Below, one piece after another: positions 7,438-16,207 of a stretch of DNA of 32,022 bases (position 1 is its first letter; each line of letters begins with the position of its first letter). The stretch is taken from NCBI GenBank assembly GCA_037442105.1, contig JBBIQV010000036.1, positions 1-32,022 of the forward strand. Reading direction: 5' to 3'. The notes under the pieces were generated by a model. That model was not told the DNA's origin, made no database searches, and saw only the letters and a list, made by a program, of their open reading frames with translations. A program made the position numbers and the translations under genes. The DNA comes from Nitrospiraceae bacterium (GTDB lineage Bacteria > Nitrospirota > Nitrospiria > Nitrospirales > Nitrospiraceae).

Positions 7438-10400
7438 TCAAGGTTCCCCCTTGGAACTCTTGTCCGACGGGGAGCGAGATAGTCCAAGCTCGTTCTCCAG
7501 GACATTGAGTGGGGACCGAGGTGGAGCGGTTCGGCGCAGCAGCACGATTTCTTCAGGCGTGAGTTTGTACAGTTTCAAGATCAGATCGTCTAGTTCGCGT
7601 TCGAGACGCAAGACCTCGATTCGGTTGGCCCGCATTGCTGAAGTTTCTCGTTCAAACGTATGGGTAAGATGTTGGAGCGTCGCTGGTGTGACGCGCTTCA
7701 TCCCGGCCTTCTTGAGGGCGGCCAGGAACTCTTCAGGCCGCAGTTTCCAAGGAGTGTCCAATGAAGAGGGAAGTTTCGCAATTTCTGCCTCGTGTGTGAC
7801 CCAATCAAGAAAGGAACGACGTTTTTGCGCAAAGGCTTTGGTTAATTCAATAAGGTGGTTTGCTCGATCCCCTATGGTGCGGCGCTTGGTGTTTGTTGGT
7901 GATTCGACCGGAAAGGTTTCCATAAGAAAAGCGGCAGGATTCAACGCCTCGTCCTTCATGTGAGGAAGATAGCGCCATAGAAACCACCACGCCAGTGGCG
8001 AGTTGAGGATGGCGAGAAGGAATCGATCAGCGCTTGCCATGCAAAATGCCTTATCGTTTAAGTAGTATCCATCCTCGTCCATTCCAAACGCGCTATGCCA
8101 TTGGATAACCTGATAAACGATCTTCGGTTCTTCAAACTTGTCGTAGTAATCACAGGGCCGAAGCTCCCACCAGAATTGGCCTTGGTCTTCCCGCTTCCGC
8201 AGCGCCTTCTCCATCGGCTTAAAATGGGCATGGAGCGAGGGCAACTCCTTTCTGAAGGTTTCTTCCGCCTTCGCCTCGTCATGAACAAAGCGCGACCACG
8301 GCCATTGGTGGTTGTGGCTTGACGGCAGGACAATCAGCCATTCGTTCTCCCACTCCGCCGCCCACCGTTGAATGTTCCGCCCCCGCAAGAGCTTCTTGAT
8401 GAGCCCTGCACACTTCGAGTCCGCTGCGATCAGCCGATCGCGCGTGGCCAGATCGATGAAGAAGGCTTCATTGAAACCGGTCTTCACGCCATAGAGCGGT
8501 GGCGAACCAACCACGTTTTTCAAAGGCTCCCCGCTGTTCTTGATCTTCTCGAACAGGCGCAAGATCTCCGGCGGCTCCAACGACCAGCCTTCTGGTTTCA
8601 GCAGCACGGTCGGCACGTCGAACGCCTGCTTTTCCACAAACGGCATCAGCTTGATGTCATCGAGCATCTCGCGCGGGACCGGACAGACCCGCAAGGTTCC
8701 TTGTGTCATGCTATCGCCAGGATGCGGGCGGCGCAGGACTGCTACGACCGGAAAGGTATCGGCTTCAGGGAACAGGGGCGCATGGCCGAAGTCCACGAGC
8801 AACTCCGGTTGGTACCGTGTGGTCAGGTGCGTCCGGAGCTGTTCACCGTAATTCGCGCGGAGCCATTTGTTGGGGACAATAAAGCCTAACCGGCCACCGG
8901 GCTTCAACACATCAAGGCCCCGCGCCAGCACATAAACATAGATGTCTGCCACCCCGTGGTAGACCGACGGGAACGCTTCTTCCAGAACTTTTTTCAAATT
9001 CGTGAGCGTCTCCTGGCGTATCCACGGCGGATTGCCGATCACGGCATCAAACCCCGGTTCGTCTAAGCGCCGCCCTTGGGCGTACCACACTTCTGGAAAC
9101 TCCAACTCCCAATGGAAGAAGCGGTGTGTATCGGCGAGAAGGTGAACCTTCTCCTCCAGGGCTTTCGTTTCAGGAAATTTTCTTGTGATGTGGTCAATCA
9201 CTCCAACCTGGCCGCCAAAGTGCCGGAGAGCCTTTCTCGCCTGTTCCTGCCCGAACGGTCCAGCTTGCCAGGCATCCATTAAACGGAGAAAAGGCACCAG
9301 AGCCCGACGCGCATGCTCAAACTTCGTTTCACTTTCTTCGACTTCTGCGACGGTCGCATCGGTCAACTCTCCGACCTCACGCATCAGTTCGGTCGCTTGG
9401 AGCATTCCCGCAAACTGAGTACCGAACAAGCCTCCCTGTAATGTGCTTTCTACCGTCTCGACCTGGGCACCAATGAGAGTGTTGCCGCATTTCAAATGGT
9501 GATCGAGAAAGGAGAGCGGGGCGCCGAGTGTGAACGAATCCAGCCAGAGGGAAAGTTTGGCCAGTTCGACGGCCATGGGGTTCAGATCCACCCCGTACAT
9601 GCAGCGCTTCATCACCATGCGCTTGATGAGGTTGATTTCGGTCAATTTGCCGGAGATCCGCGCGATCTCGCGTTCGTCGAGCCGTTGCGCCCTCAGATCG
9701 TCCACGATGGCGGTCCGCATGCGTTCAATCGCGGCAATGACCGGATTGCCCGGATGTTTGGCAAGAAAGGCGACGATTCGGTCGGACAGATAGTCGACGG
9801 TATAGACCAAGAAGTGACCGGACCCCATCGTCGGATCCAACACCTTCATTCCGAACAACGAGTCGGAAATGCGATGGCTGAGACGATCCAGTTCCCCTTG
9901 AGCCGCCCTGATCGACTCCGTCGTCCTGGCCCGCAGACGACTGTTGTGAGTCTTGTTCCAGGCCAGCAAGAGGGCTTCGACCTCGTTCAGCCGAAGATCA
10001 ACGACTGGCCCGACTGTCTGCGCCACGATAAACTCCACGATGAAGTGCGGCGTGAAGTAGGAGCCGGTCTCTTTCCTTTCCCGATTGGAGTTCTCTAAGC
10101 CCAGCGGCTGGTCCGGTGAGTCCTGGCAGAGACGATACTCCAAGAGCCCTTCGTAAATATCGCCGAGATGCCGGACCCCCAATGCCGAATAATCAATGAA
10201 CTGTCGCTCGCTAAGGCCGGCGTCTGGATCGAACGTCAGAGCTTGGATGGCTTCTGCGACGAATGGATCCGCCAGTTGATGTTCCGCTAGAAACCGTGAC
10301 CCGGTGTGTTCCGACACACTGATGCCGGCCATTGCTTTGGGCGCATGAAACAGTCCTCCGTTGTAATGCGGAACGCTGAGGGCAGGATCTCCTTTATCTA

Positions 10401-11496
10401 CGATCCGGAACAATCGGCGAAGATGTTCCCAGTATTCGAACGACTGGGCGGATTGTTTGGCGCCAACACGTAGGTCTTCCCAAATGCGTTCTTTCAATGC
10501 CTGCAGACTTTTCTTCCGATAGCCAAGTTGGTCATGAACCGGAAGGAGGTCCCGCGACTCGGCGTAAAGGAGGAACAACAACCGGAAGAGAAGAGTCATC
10601 GTGCCTGCGAAGATTTCTCCTAATGTCTGATCTGTTTCCTTCTTCATGCCTTTTTCTGCTTGCCGGAACGAGACGAACCCTTCAGACACCTTCCTGAACA
10701 CCTGTCCGAAGATCAGATCCTTGAGGTGATCGCTGACCGCACGGGCGACCCGGTCACTTTCCTCAAGGTACAGGTCTACCCAACGCTTTCCAGTCAGCGG
10801 ATCGGGCGCGAGGGCTTCTTTCGCGAAGAACCCATAAAAGCGGCGGAACTGATCCCGGTCATCGATCTGCAGCAGAGCTTCCAAGTCCACTTCGTAGAAA
10901 TTGCTCGATCGCGAAGCCGCTCGGTGGGAAAACAGCCGCCACGTTTTGCCGTTGGTCAGGATGCCCCACAAGATTTTCCCGTCTGTGTGGTAGTAGACCT
11001 CGTCCAGATACCGAACCAGTTGCGCCGTCGCATCAGATGCGTCCAATGGATCATCTTTCACGGTATCGTTCAGCGGCCGCCCCCAGTATTTCGCTTCGCC
11101 AATCGCGTGGGCGCCCGAATAGTAGGCCTTCGGTTCGTTCGCTTTCTTTCCGGCCGCCTCGTAGTCCTGTTGTGTTGCGAACAACGCGTAGTCGGGGCGG
11201 ACTTTCTTCTTGCGGCGCTTGTGGCGCGGTTGGGGATCATAGATCCAACCCAGCGCCTTCAGGACCGGCCGAACAAACTTGTCTTCCGTTTTCTGCTCAT
11301 CTCTGGCCTCAAAGACGCCGGCTCGCTTGGCGGATTCATAAGCACTCCGCACGGCAGCCTGCGCTTGAGCCACGCGGTCCATCACACCGGCGGTATCGTG
11401 CCAAATCGGAGAATCAAGAAACTTGGTGTTGAGGAAATTTGCTGAGAAGAGCCCCTGATTGAGAACGGGGAAGAGATTGATTTGGCTCGAGCTCAT
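7438..11496 (-). CDS. Type IIG/IIL (Eco57I/TaqI-C-like) fused restriction endonuclease-N6-adenine methyltransferase
   Basis: N-terminal PD-(D/E)xK (RPDY...GEAK) and WGILTNG..WRL; RKETGSYFTP; motif I VLDPTMGSGHFL; motif IV GNPPW; C-terminal TRD (GVKTGFN, LLRGRNI, PKIVY, LLAILNS). Start ATG 11496 or GTG 11511. Confidence 0.9.
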   Translation of the reverse strand: MSSSQINLFPVLNQGLFSANFLNTKFLDSPIWHDTAGVMDRVAQAQAAVRSAYESAKRAGVFEARDEQKTEDKFVRPVLKALGWIYDPQPRHKRRKKKVRPDYALFATQQDYEAAGKKANEPKAYYSGAHAIGEAKYWGRPLNDTVKDDPLDASDATAQLVRYLDEVYYHTDGKILWGILTNGKTWRLFSHRAASRSSNFYEVDLEALLQIDDRDQFRRFYGFFAKEALAPDPLTGKRWVDLYLEESDRVARAVSDHLKDLIFGQVFRKVSEGFVSFRQAEKGMKKETDQTLGEIFAGTMTLLFRLLFLLYAESRDLLPVHDQLGYRKKSLQALKERIWEDLRVGAKQSAQSFEYWEHLRRLFRIVDKGDPALSVPHYNGGLFHAPKAMAGISVSEHTGSRFLAEHQLADPFVAEAIQALTFDPDAGLSERQFIDYSALGVRHLGDIYEGLLEYRLCQDSPDQPLGLENSNRERKETGSYFTPHFIVEFIVAQTVGPVVDLRLNEVEALLLAWNKTHNSRLRARTTESIRAAQGELDRLSHRISDSLFGMKVLDPTMGSGHFLVYTVDYLSDRIVAFLAKHPGNPVIAAIERMRTAIVDDLRAQRLDEREIARISGKLTEINLIKRMVMKRCMYGVDLNPMAVELAKLSLWLDSFTLGAPLSFLDHHLKCGNTLIGAQVETVESTLQGGLFGTQFAGMLQATELMREVGELTDATVAEVEESETKFEHARRALVPFLRLMDAWQAGPFGQEQARKALRHFGGQVGVIDHITRKFPETKALEEKVHLLADTHRFFHWELEFPEVWYAQGRRLDEPGFDAVIGNPPWIRQETLTNLKKVLEEAFPSVYHGVADIYVYVLARGLDVLKPGGRLGFIVPNKWLRANYGEQLRTHLTTRYQPELLVDFGHAPLFPEADTFPVVAVLRRPHPGDSMTQGTLRVCPVPREMLDDIKLMPFVEKQAFDVPTVLLKPEGWSLEPPEILRLFEKIKNSGEPLKNVVGSPPLYGVKTGFNEAFFIDLATRDRLIAADSKCAGLIKKLLRGRNIQRWAAEWENEWLIVLPSSHNHQWPWSRFVHDEAKAEETFRKELPSLHAHFKPMEKALRKREDQGQFWWELRPCDYYDKFEEPKIVYQVIQWHSAFGMDEDGYYLNDKAFCMASADRFLLAILNSPLAWWFLWRYLPHMKDEALNPAAFLMETFPVESPTNTKRRTIGDRANHLIELTKAFAQKRRSFLDWVTHEAEIAKLPSSLDTPWKLRPEEFLAALKKAGMKRVTPATLQHLTHTFERETSAMRANRIEVLRLERELDDLILKLYKLTPEEIVLLRRTAPPRSPLNVLENELGLSRSPSDKSSKGEP

Positions 11497-11584
11497 GAAT
11501 AGGGACGTCACAGTGCGTGGCCTGACAGCGCCCGACGCGACTTGGCTACGCGAGCAGAAGTTTAGTCGAATTCACCCCCTAAAG

Positions 11585-11737
11585 CTACGAGGTAATTGGC
11601 GCAGCGAGGGCTGTGACTGCCGCCGTGACGGCGGCCGAGTCCCTGCTTAAAAAATCGAGATTCACCGTCTCGATGGTGTCAGCCGGCCGGTGATGGTTCG
11701 GATTGCGGAAGTTGGCGGTGTCGGTGAGCATGACGGC
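11585..11737 (-). pseudogene. Diverged duplicate of the last 50 codons of the M28 peptidase gene
   Basis: Translates AVMLTDTANFRNPNHHRPADTIETVNLDFLSRDSAAVTAAVTALAAPITS*, versus AVMLTDTADFRNPNYHQPTDTLETLNADFLASVADAVTAAALELAGRPSA* in the intact gene; colinear with no indel at 827-bp offset. Confidence 0.88.
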
Positions 11738-11738
11738 G
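11714..11738. repeat. 25-bp direct repeat, copy 1
   Basis: GGCGGTGTCGGTGAGCATGACGGCG, identical to 12541-12565. Confidence 0.92.
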
Positions 11739-11816
11739 AGGTTGATGTTCTGCAAGACCTTTTAACACAAGGTCGTCGTTCTTGAAGGTCTGCCGATCTC
11801 CGCGGAGAGGGCTCAT

Positions 11817-12110
11817 TTAGTTTGCCCTGAGTTCCCAATAGCCGGGCTTGCGCTTGAGGTGCATGATGGCCGCCACAAAAATCGTCCTCCCTTCGACCGC
11901 ATAGATCACGCCATAGGGGAAATGATGGATCAGATAGCGGCGAAATCGCCCTTTCAAGATGCGCCAAAGTGTGGGATGGCGGCGAATCTGATCAAACGCC
12001 GATCCAACGGCACCAAGGAATTCAAGGCCAAGGCCATCACGGCAGTCCTCATAGAACAACGCGGCCTGCCGCAATTCCGCCTTGGCTTCAGGATCGAGAA
12101 CCAGCTTCAC
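11817..12110 (-). CDS. RelE/ParE-family type II toxin
   Basis: 97 aa; 'A..EL..A..FYE....GLG.EF', 'FPYGVIY', 'VAAIMHLKRKPGYW' signature; overlaps the antitoxin stop by 4 nt. Confidence 0.88.
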   Translation of the reverse strand: MKLVLDPEAKAELRQAALFYEDCRDGLGLEFLGAVGSAFDQIRRHPTLWRILKGRFRRYLIHHFPYGVIYAVEGRTIFVAAIMHLKRKPGYWELRAN

Positions 12111-12340
12111 CGATGGAGTTCCTTACGGATGTCGGCAATCGCCTTGGCAGCGGGGAGCGCTCTCGTTCGCTTTCTTTTCCATGCAGAGAAGCGCCGCTCT
12201 GCTTCCGCCACCCAGGCCTCGTCCACAGCCGTCAACCGTTCATCCTCCATCTGTGCCAGCAGGCGCTCGGCCAGCCGTTCTCGCTCCGCCGCGGAAAGCT
12301 TGCGCGCCTGCTTTTCTATGGCTAAGGCCAGTGTCGTCAT
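12107..12340 (-). CDS. Antitoxin (putative addiction-module component)
   Basis: 77 aa; 'LSAAERERLAERLL...VDEAWVAEAERR' pattern; translationally coupled upstream of the toxin; AAGGAG SD. Confidence 0.85.
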   Translation of the reverse strand: MTTLALAIEKQARKLSAAERERLAERLLAQMEDERLTAVDEAWVAEAERRFSAWKRKRTRALPAAKAIADIRKELHR

Positions 12341-12411
12341 CAGTTTCGCTCCTTCTTGCCCAACTGGTCTTGAGGTACCGGATCGAGTCTAGCCAAAATA
12401 TCGTTCGAAAG

Positions 12412-13281
12412 CTACGCAGAAGGCCGGCCGGCCAATTCAAGCGCCGCCGCAGTCACCGCGTCGGCCACAGAGGCTAGGAAGTCTGCGTTCAAGGTCTCCA
12501 ACGTATCCGTCGGCTGGTGATAGTTCGGATTTCTGAAGTCGGCGGTGTCGGTGAGCATGACGGCGGGGTAGCCGTAGTGCCAGAAGGCGGCGTGGTCGCT
12601 GCGTCTGGTGTCGGGCAGCAGTTCACCATTGCCGGGAACCACGAGCGGGATCACGGGCAGGTGTTGCTTGGCCGCGCGTTCAACTGTGCCTGTCAATTCG
12701 ATCGACGCGCCGTTGCCGACGATTGCCAAGAAGTTCCCGACCGACGGCACATTGATCGGCACGCCGGGCGGTGTCTGCTGCGAACCTTCCTCCGAACACG
12801 CATAGCCGACGCATTCCAGCACGATGGCGCCAAGAATTTCACAGTCGGCCGCTTTGAGATTTGCAACGTATGCCAGGCCGCCGAGCAGGTTTTCTTCCTC
12901 CAGGTTGAAGGCAATGAACTGGATCGGCCTGACGAGAGTCATCTCCCGAACACGGCGAGCGACCTCCAAGATCGCAGCAAGTCCGCTGGCATTGTCGTCG
13001 GCACCGGGTGAACCTTCGACCGTGTCGTAATGGGCTGCGACGATGAGCGGCGGCAGCGCCGGTTGGTCTTGCGCGGTGGCGGGATGCGCCGTGCCGACTA
13101 CGTTGCGGTAGATTCCGCCCAGCGCTTCGAATTCGTGAGTCGTAACGTGAAGACCTGCTACGCGGAGTTGTTCGCGCAGATACTCTTCCGTTTGTCGAAG
13201 CCGGCCCGGCGACGACAGGGGATGGCGCTCACCGATCAGGGCGCGGAGGTCAGCGGTTAGGCGATGCGTGGTGTCCGACAC
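12412..13281 (-). CDS. M28-family zinc peptidase
   Basis: AAHYDTV, PGADDNASG, NLEEE, RRSDH, LTDTA.FRNPNYH motifs. Confidence 0.9.
   Translation of the reverse strand: MSDTTHRLTADLRALIGERHPLSSPGRLRQTEEYLREQLRVAGLHVTTHEFEALGGIYRNVVGTAHPATAQDQPALPPLIVAAHYDTVEGSPGADDNASGLAAILEVARRVREMTLVRPIQFIAFNLEEENLLGGLAYVANLKAADCEILGAIVLECVGYACSEEGSQQTPPGVPINVPSVGNFLAIVGNGASIELTGTVERAAKQHLPVIPLVVPGNGELLPDTRRSDHAAFWHYGYPAVMLTDTADFRNPNYHQPTDTLETLNADFLASVADAVTAAALELAGRPSA
12541..12565. repeat. 25-bp direct repeat, copy 2 (inside the M28 gene)
   Basis: Identical to 11714-11738. Confidence 0.92.
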
Positions 13282-13289
13282 CGGTGAGG

Positions 13290-14186
13290 CTATGACACGA
13301 TCTCGGTGCCGATGCCCTTGCGCGTGAAGATTTCGAGGAGGATGGCATGGGGCACCCGGCCGTCGATGATGTGCGCCTTGCCGACGCCACCGGCCAGCGC
13401 GTCAAGGCAGGCATGGACTTTGGGGAGCATCCCTTCGCTGATCGTCCCTCGCTTGACCATCCGTTGCACGTCTTTGCGCGAGACCGTGGAGAGATGGTGC
13501 CCCTTGGCGTCGCGGATGCCTTTCACGTCCGTCAACATGACGAGCTTCTCGGCTCGCAGCGCCGCGGCAATCGCCCCAGCCACGAGATCGGCATTGATGT
13601 TGTGGGTGTTCCCTTCCCGGTCGGTCCCGATGGGCGCGATGACGGGAATGTAATGATCCTGCTGGAGCTTCAGAATGAGACCCGGATCGATGGATTGCAC
13701 CTCGCCGACGAGCCCGAATTCCTCGTCCGCTTCGCCGCCGTCGAGATCCTTTTCGAGACTTTCGGCCCATGCTTTCGCGGTGAGGGGCCGAGACAGCATG
13801 AGCCCTCCGTCTTTTCCGCTGAGCCCGACCGCGCGGCCACCATGCCGATTCAGTAGATCTACGATTTCCATGTTGATCTTGCCGGCCAACACCATTTCCA
13901 CAATTTCCATGGTGGCCTCGTCGGTCACCCGCACGCCGTGACGGAACTTGGCCTCAATGCCCAACCGATCGAGCATCGCGTCGATCTGGGGTCCGCCGCC
14001 ATGCACGATGACGGGGTTCAGCCCGACATATTTGAGTAACACCACGTCCTGGGCGAACCGTTCCTTGAGAGACGGTTCCGTCATCGCATTGCCCCCGTAC
14101 TTGATGACGACGGTCTTCCCCCGGAACGTCCGGATGTACGGCAGGGCCTCGACGAGCACGTCGGCTTTCTTGATGAGTTTGTTCAT
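13290..14186 (-). CDS. argB: Acetylglutamate kinase
   Basis: EALPYI..F.GKTVVIKYGGNAM, VHGGGPQI, NINAD, GMLPKV, IIDGRVPHAILLEIFT..GIGT. Confidence 0.97.
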   Translation of the reverse strand: MNKLIKKADVLVEALPYIRTFRGKTVVIKYGGNAMTEPSLKERFAQDVVLLKYVGLNPVIVHGGGPQIDAMLDRLGIEAKFRHGVRVTDEATMEIVEMVLAGKINMEIVDLLNRHGGRAVGLSGKDGGLMLSRPLTAKAWAESLEKDLDGGEADEEFGLVGEVQSIDPGLILKLQQDHYIPVIAPIGTDREGNTHNINADLVAGAIAAALRAEKLVMLTDVKGIRDAKGHHLSTVSRKDVQRMVKRGTISEGMLPKVHACLDALAGGVGKAHIIDGRVPHAILLEIFTRKGIGTEIVS

Positions 14187-14198
14187 CTCTGAACTCCA

Positions 14199-14251
14199 AG
14201 CTAATAGCAAGTAGCGAATAGCTACTCGCTGTTGGCTACCAGCTATTGGCT
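14199..14251. repeat. Imperfect palindromic heptamer array between hslU and argB
   Basis: AGCTAAT AGCAAGT AGCGAAT AGCTACT CGCTGTT GGCTACC AGCTATT GGCT: 7-nt periodic GC, with halves that are imperfectly complementary. Confidence 0.7.
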
Positions 14252-14253
14252 CA

Positions 14254-15657
14254 CTACAAGATAAATCGGCTCAAATCCTGATCCTTGACGATGTCCCGCA
14301 GCCGGTCTTTCACGTACTGTGCGTCGATGACGACTTTCTTGTCCGGCGTCTCGGGGCCTTCGAACGAAACCCGCTCCAGCAGCCGCTCCATGATCGTGAA
14401 GAGCCGCCGAGCCCCGATATTCTCCGTGCGCTCGTTCACCTGGACCGCCGTCCCAGCGATCTCTTCCACACCCTCCTTCGTGAAATCGAGCATGACCCCT
14501 TCGGTCGCGAGCAGGGCTTGGTATTGTTGCACCAGCGCCCCGCGCGGTTCCGTCAGAATTTTCACGAAGTCTTCTTTTGTCAGTGGAGCCAGCTCCACGC
14601 GAATGGGAAAGCGTCCCTGCAATTCCGGGATCAAGTCGGACGGCTTGGCGACATGGAACGCGCCGGCTGCGATGAACAAAATATGGTCCGTGTGCACGGG
14701 ACCATACTTCGTGTTCACGGTGGAACCTTCTACGATCGGCAACAGGTCGCGCTGGACCCCCTCCCGGGAGACATCGGGGCCCATCGTCCGCTCGCGGCCG
14801 GCGATCTTATCGATCTCGTCGAGAAAGACGATCCCGGCCTGCTCCACCTTTGCGATGGCTTCCCGGACGACCTCGTCCATATCGATAAGTTTCTGCGCCT
14901 CCTCCTGGGTCAGATGCTTGAGCGCTTCCGGGACTTTCATGTGGCGTTTCTTCTTTTTCCCCTGGAACATCCCGCCCAACATATCCCGGAGGTTACTCTC
15001 CAAATCCTCCAGTCCTCCCACGTTCGAGATCACCCCGAGCGGCATTGCGCGCTCCTTGACCTCCAGTTCCACCGATCGGTGATCCAATTTTCCCTCTCGA
15101 AGCTGCAACCGCAACTTCGAGCGTGTCGCATCCTGCGACTCAGGACCTGGCGCGCTCACGGGTTCATGGCCGGCCTCCTCAAACAAGCCGGTCCCACTCT
15201 TCGGGGTAAGGGGAGGCAGCAACAGGTCGAGCAGGCGCTCTTCTCCCAAGCGTTCGGCTTTGTGTTCGACGTCTTGAAGATGTTGGGCCTTGACCATGTT
15301 GATCGCCAGCTCTGTGAGGTCGCGGATGATCGACTCCACGTCACGACCGACGTAGCCGACCTCGGTGAACTTGGAGGCTTCCACCTTGATGAACGGTGCC
15401 TGCGCGAGCTTCGCCAGGCGACGGGCGATCTCCGTTTTGCCGACGCCGGTTGGCCCGATCATGATGATGTTCTTCGGCATCACCTCGTCGCGAAGGTCCG
15501 GCGCCAATTGTTGCCGCCGCCAACGATTGCGGAGCGCGATCGCCACCATGCGTTTGGCGTCACGTTGGCCGATGACGTAACGATCGAGTTCTTCGACGAT
15601 CTGGCGCGGTGTCAGGCTGTTCAGATTGAGCGGTGTGGCAAGCTGGTCATGACCCAT
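14254..15657 (-). CDS. hslU: ATP-dependent protease ATPase subunit HslU
   Basis: [16 protein letters not shown], Walker [13 protein letters not shown] pore loop, LDEIDK, DLSRFIL end. Confidence 0.98.
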   Translation of the reverse strand: MGHDQLATPLNLNSLTPRQIVEELDRYVIGQRDAKRMVAIALRNRWRRQQLAPDLRDEVMPKNIIMIGPTGVGKTEIARRLAKLAQAPFIKVEASKFTEVGYVGRDVESIIRDLTELAINMVKAQHLQDVEHKAERLGEERLLDLLLPPLTPKSGTGLFEEAGHEPVSAPGPESQDATRSKLRLQLREGKLDHRSVELEVKERAMPLGVISNVGGLEDLESNLRDMLGGMFQGKKKKRHMKVPEALKHLTQEEAQKLIDMDEVVREAIAKVEQAGIVFLDEIDKIAGRERTMGPDVSREGVQRDLLPIVEGSTVNTKYGPVHTDHILFIAAGAFHVAKPSDLIPELQGRFPIRVELAPLTKEDFVKILTEPRGALVQQYQALLATEGVMLDFTKEGVEEIAGTAVQVNERTENIGARRLFTIMERLLERVSFEGPETPDKKVVIDAQYVKDRLRDIVKDQDLSRFIL

Positions 15658-15670
15658 ACGACAAGATGTC

Positions 15671-16207
15671 CTATCCCTTGAGTTCTTCGATGACGATTTC
15701 TTGATTGGTATAGATGTCGATAGCGCCTGCGATCTTCATGGATTCCTCCACGATGTGGCGAGCCTCCAGGTTCGAGTGGCCAAGGAGGGCTCTCGCTGCG
15801 GCGAGCGCGTAGGGACCACCGGAACCGATGGCGAGAATGCCGTCTTCCGGTTCTACCACATCACCCGTCCCCGAAATGACAAACGATTGGTCGCGGTCGG
15901 CGACGGCTAGGAGTGCCTCCAGGCGACGCAAGATCCGGTCGGTTCGCCAGTCTTTGGCCAATTCGACCGCCGCGCGTGTCAGGTTCCCGCGATATTCTTC
16001 CAGCTTCGCCTCGAACTTTTCGAACAACGTGAAGGCATCGGCGGTGGCTCCGGCGAAACCAGCCAGAATATTATCCCCGTGCATACGCCGCAGTTTCCTG
16101 GCGTTGCGTTTCATGACGGTGGTGCCGACGGTGACTTGGCCGTCGCATCCCATCGCAACTCGGCCGTTCCGCCGCACACAGAGTATGGTCGTGGACCGAA
16201 TCGTCAC
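15671..16207 (-). CDS. hslV: ATP-dependent protease subunit HslV
   Basis: TTIL N-terminal Thr nucleophile, [25 protein letters not shown]. Confidence 0.98.
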   Translation of the reverse strand: MTIRSTTILCVRRNGRVAMGCDGQVTVGTTVMKRNARKLRRMHGDNILAGFAGATADAFTLFEKFEAKLEEYRGNLTRAAVELAKDWRTDRILRRLEALLAVADRDQSFVISGTGDVVEPEDGILAIGSGGPYALAAARALLGHSNLEARHIVEESMKIAGAIDIYTNQEIVIEELKG

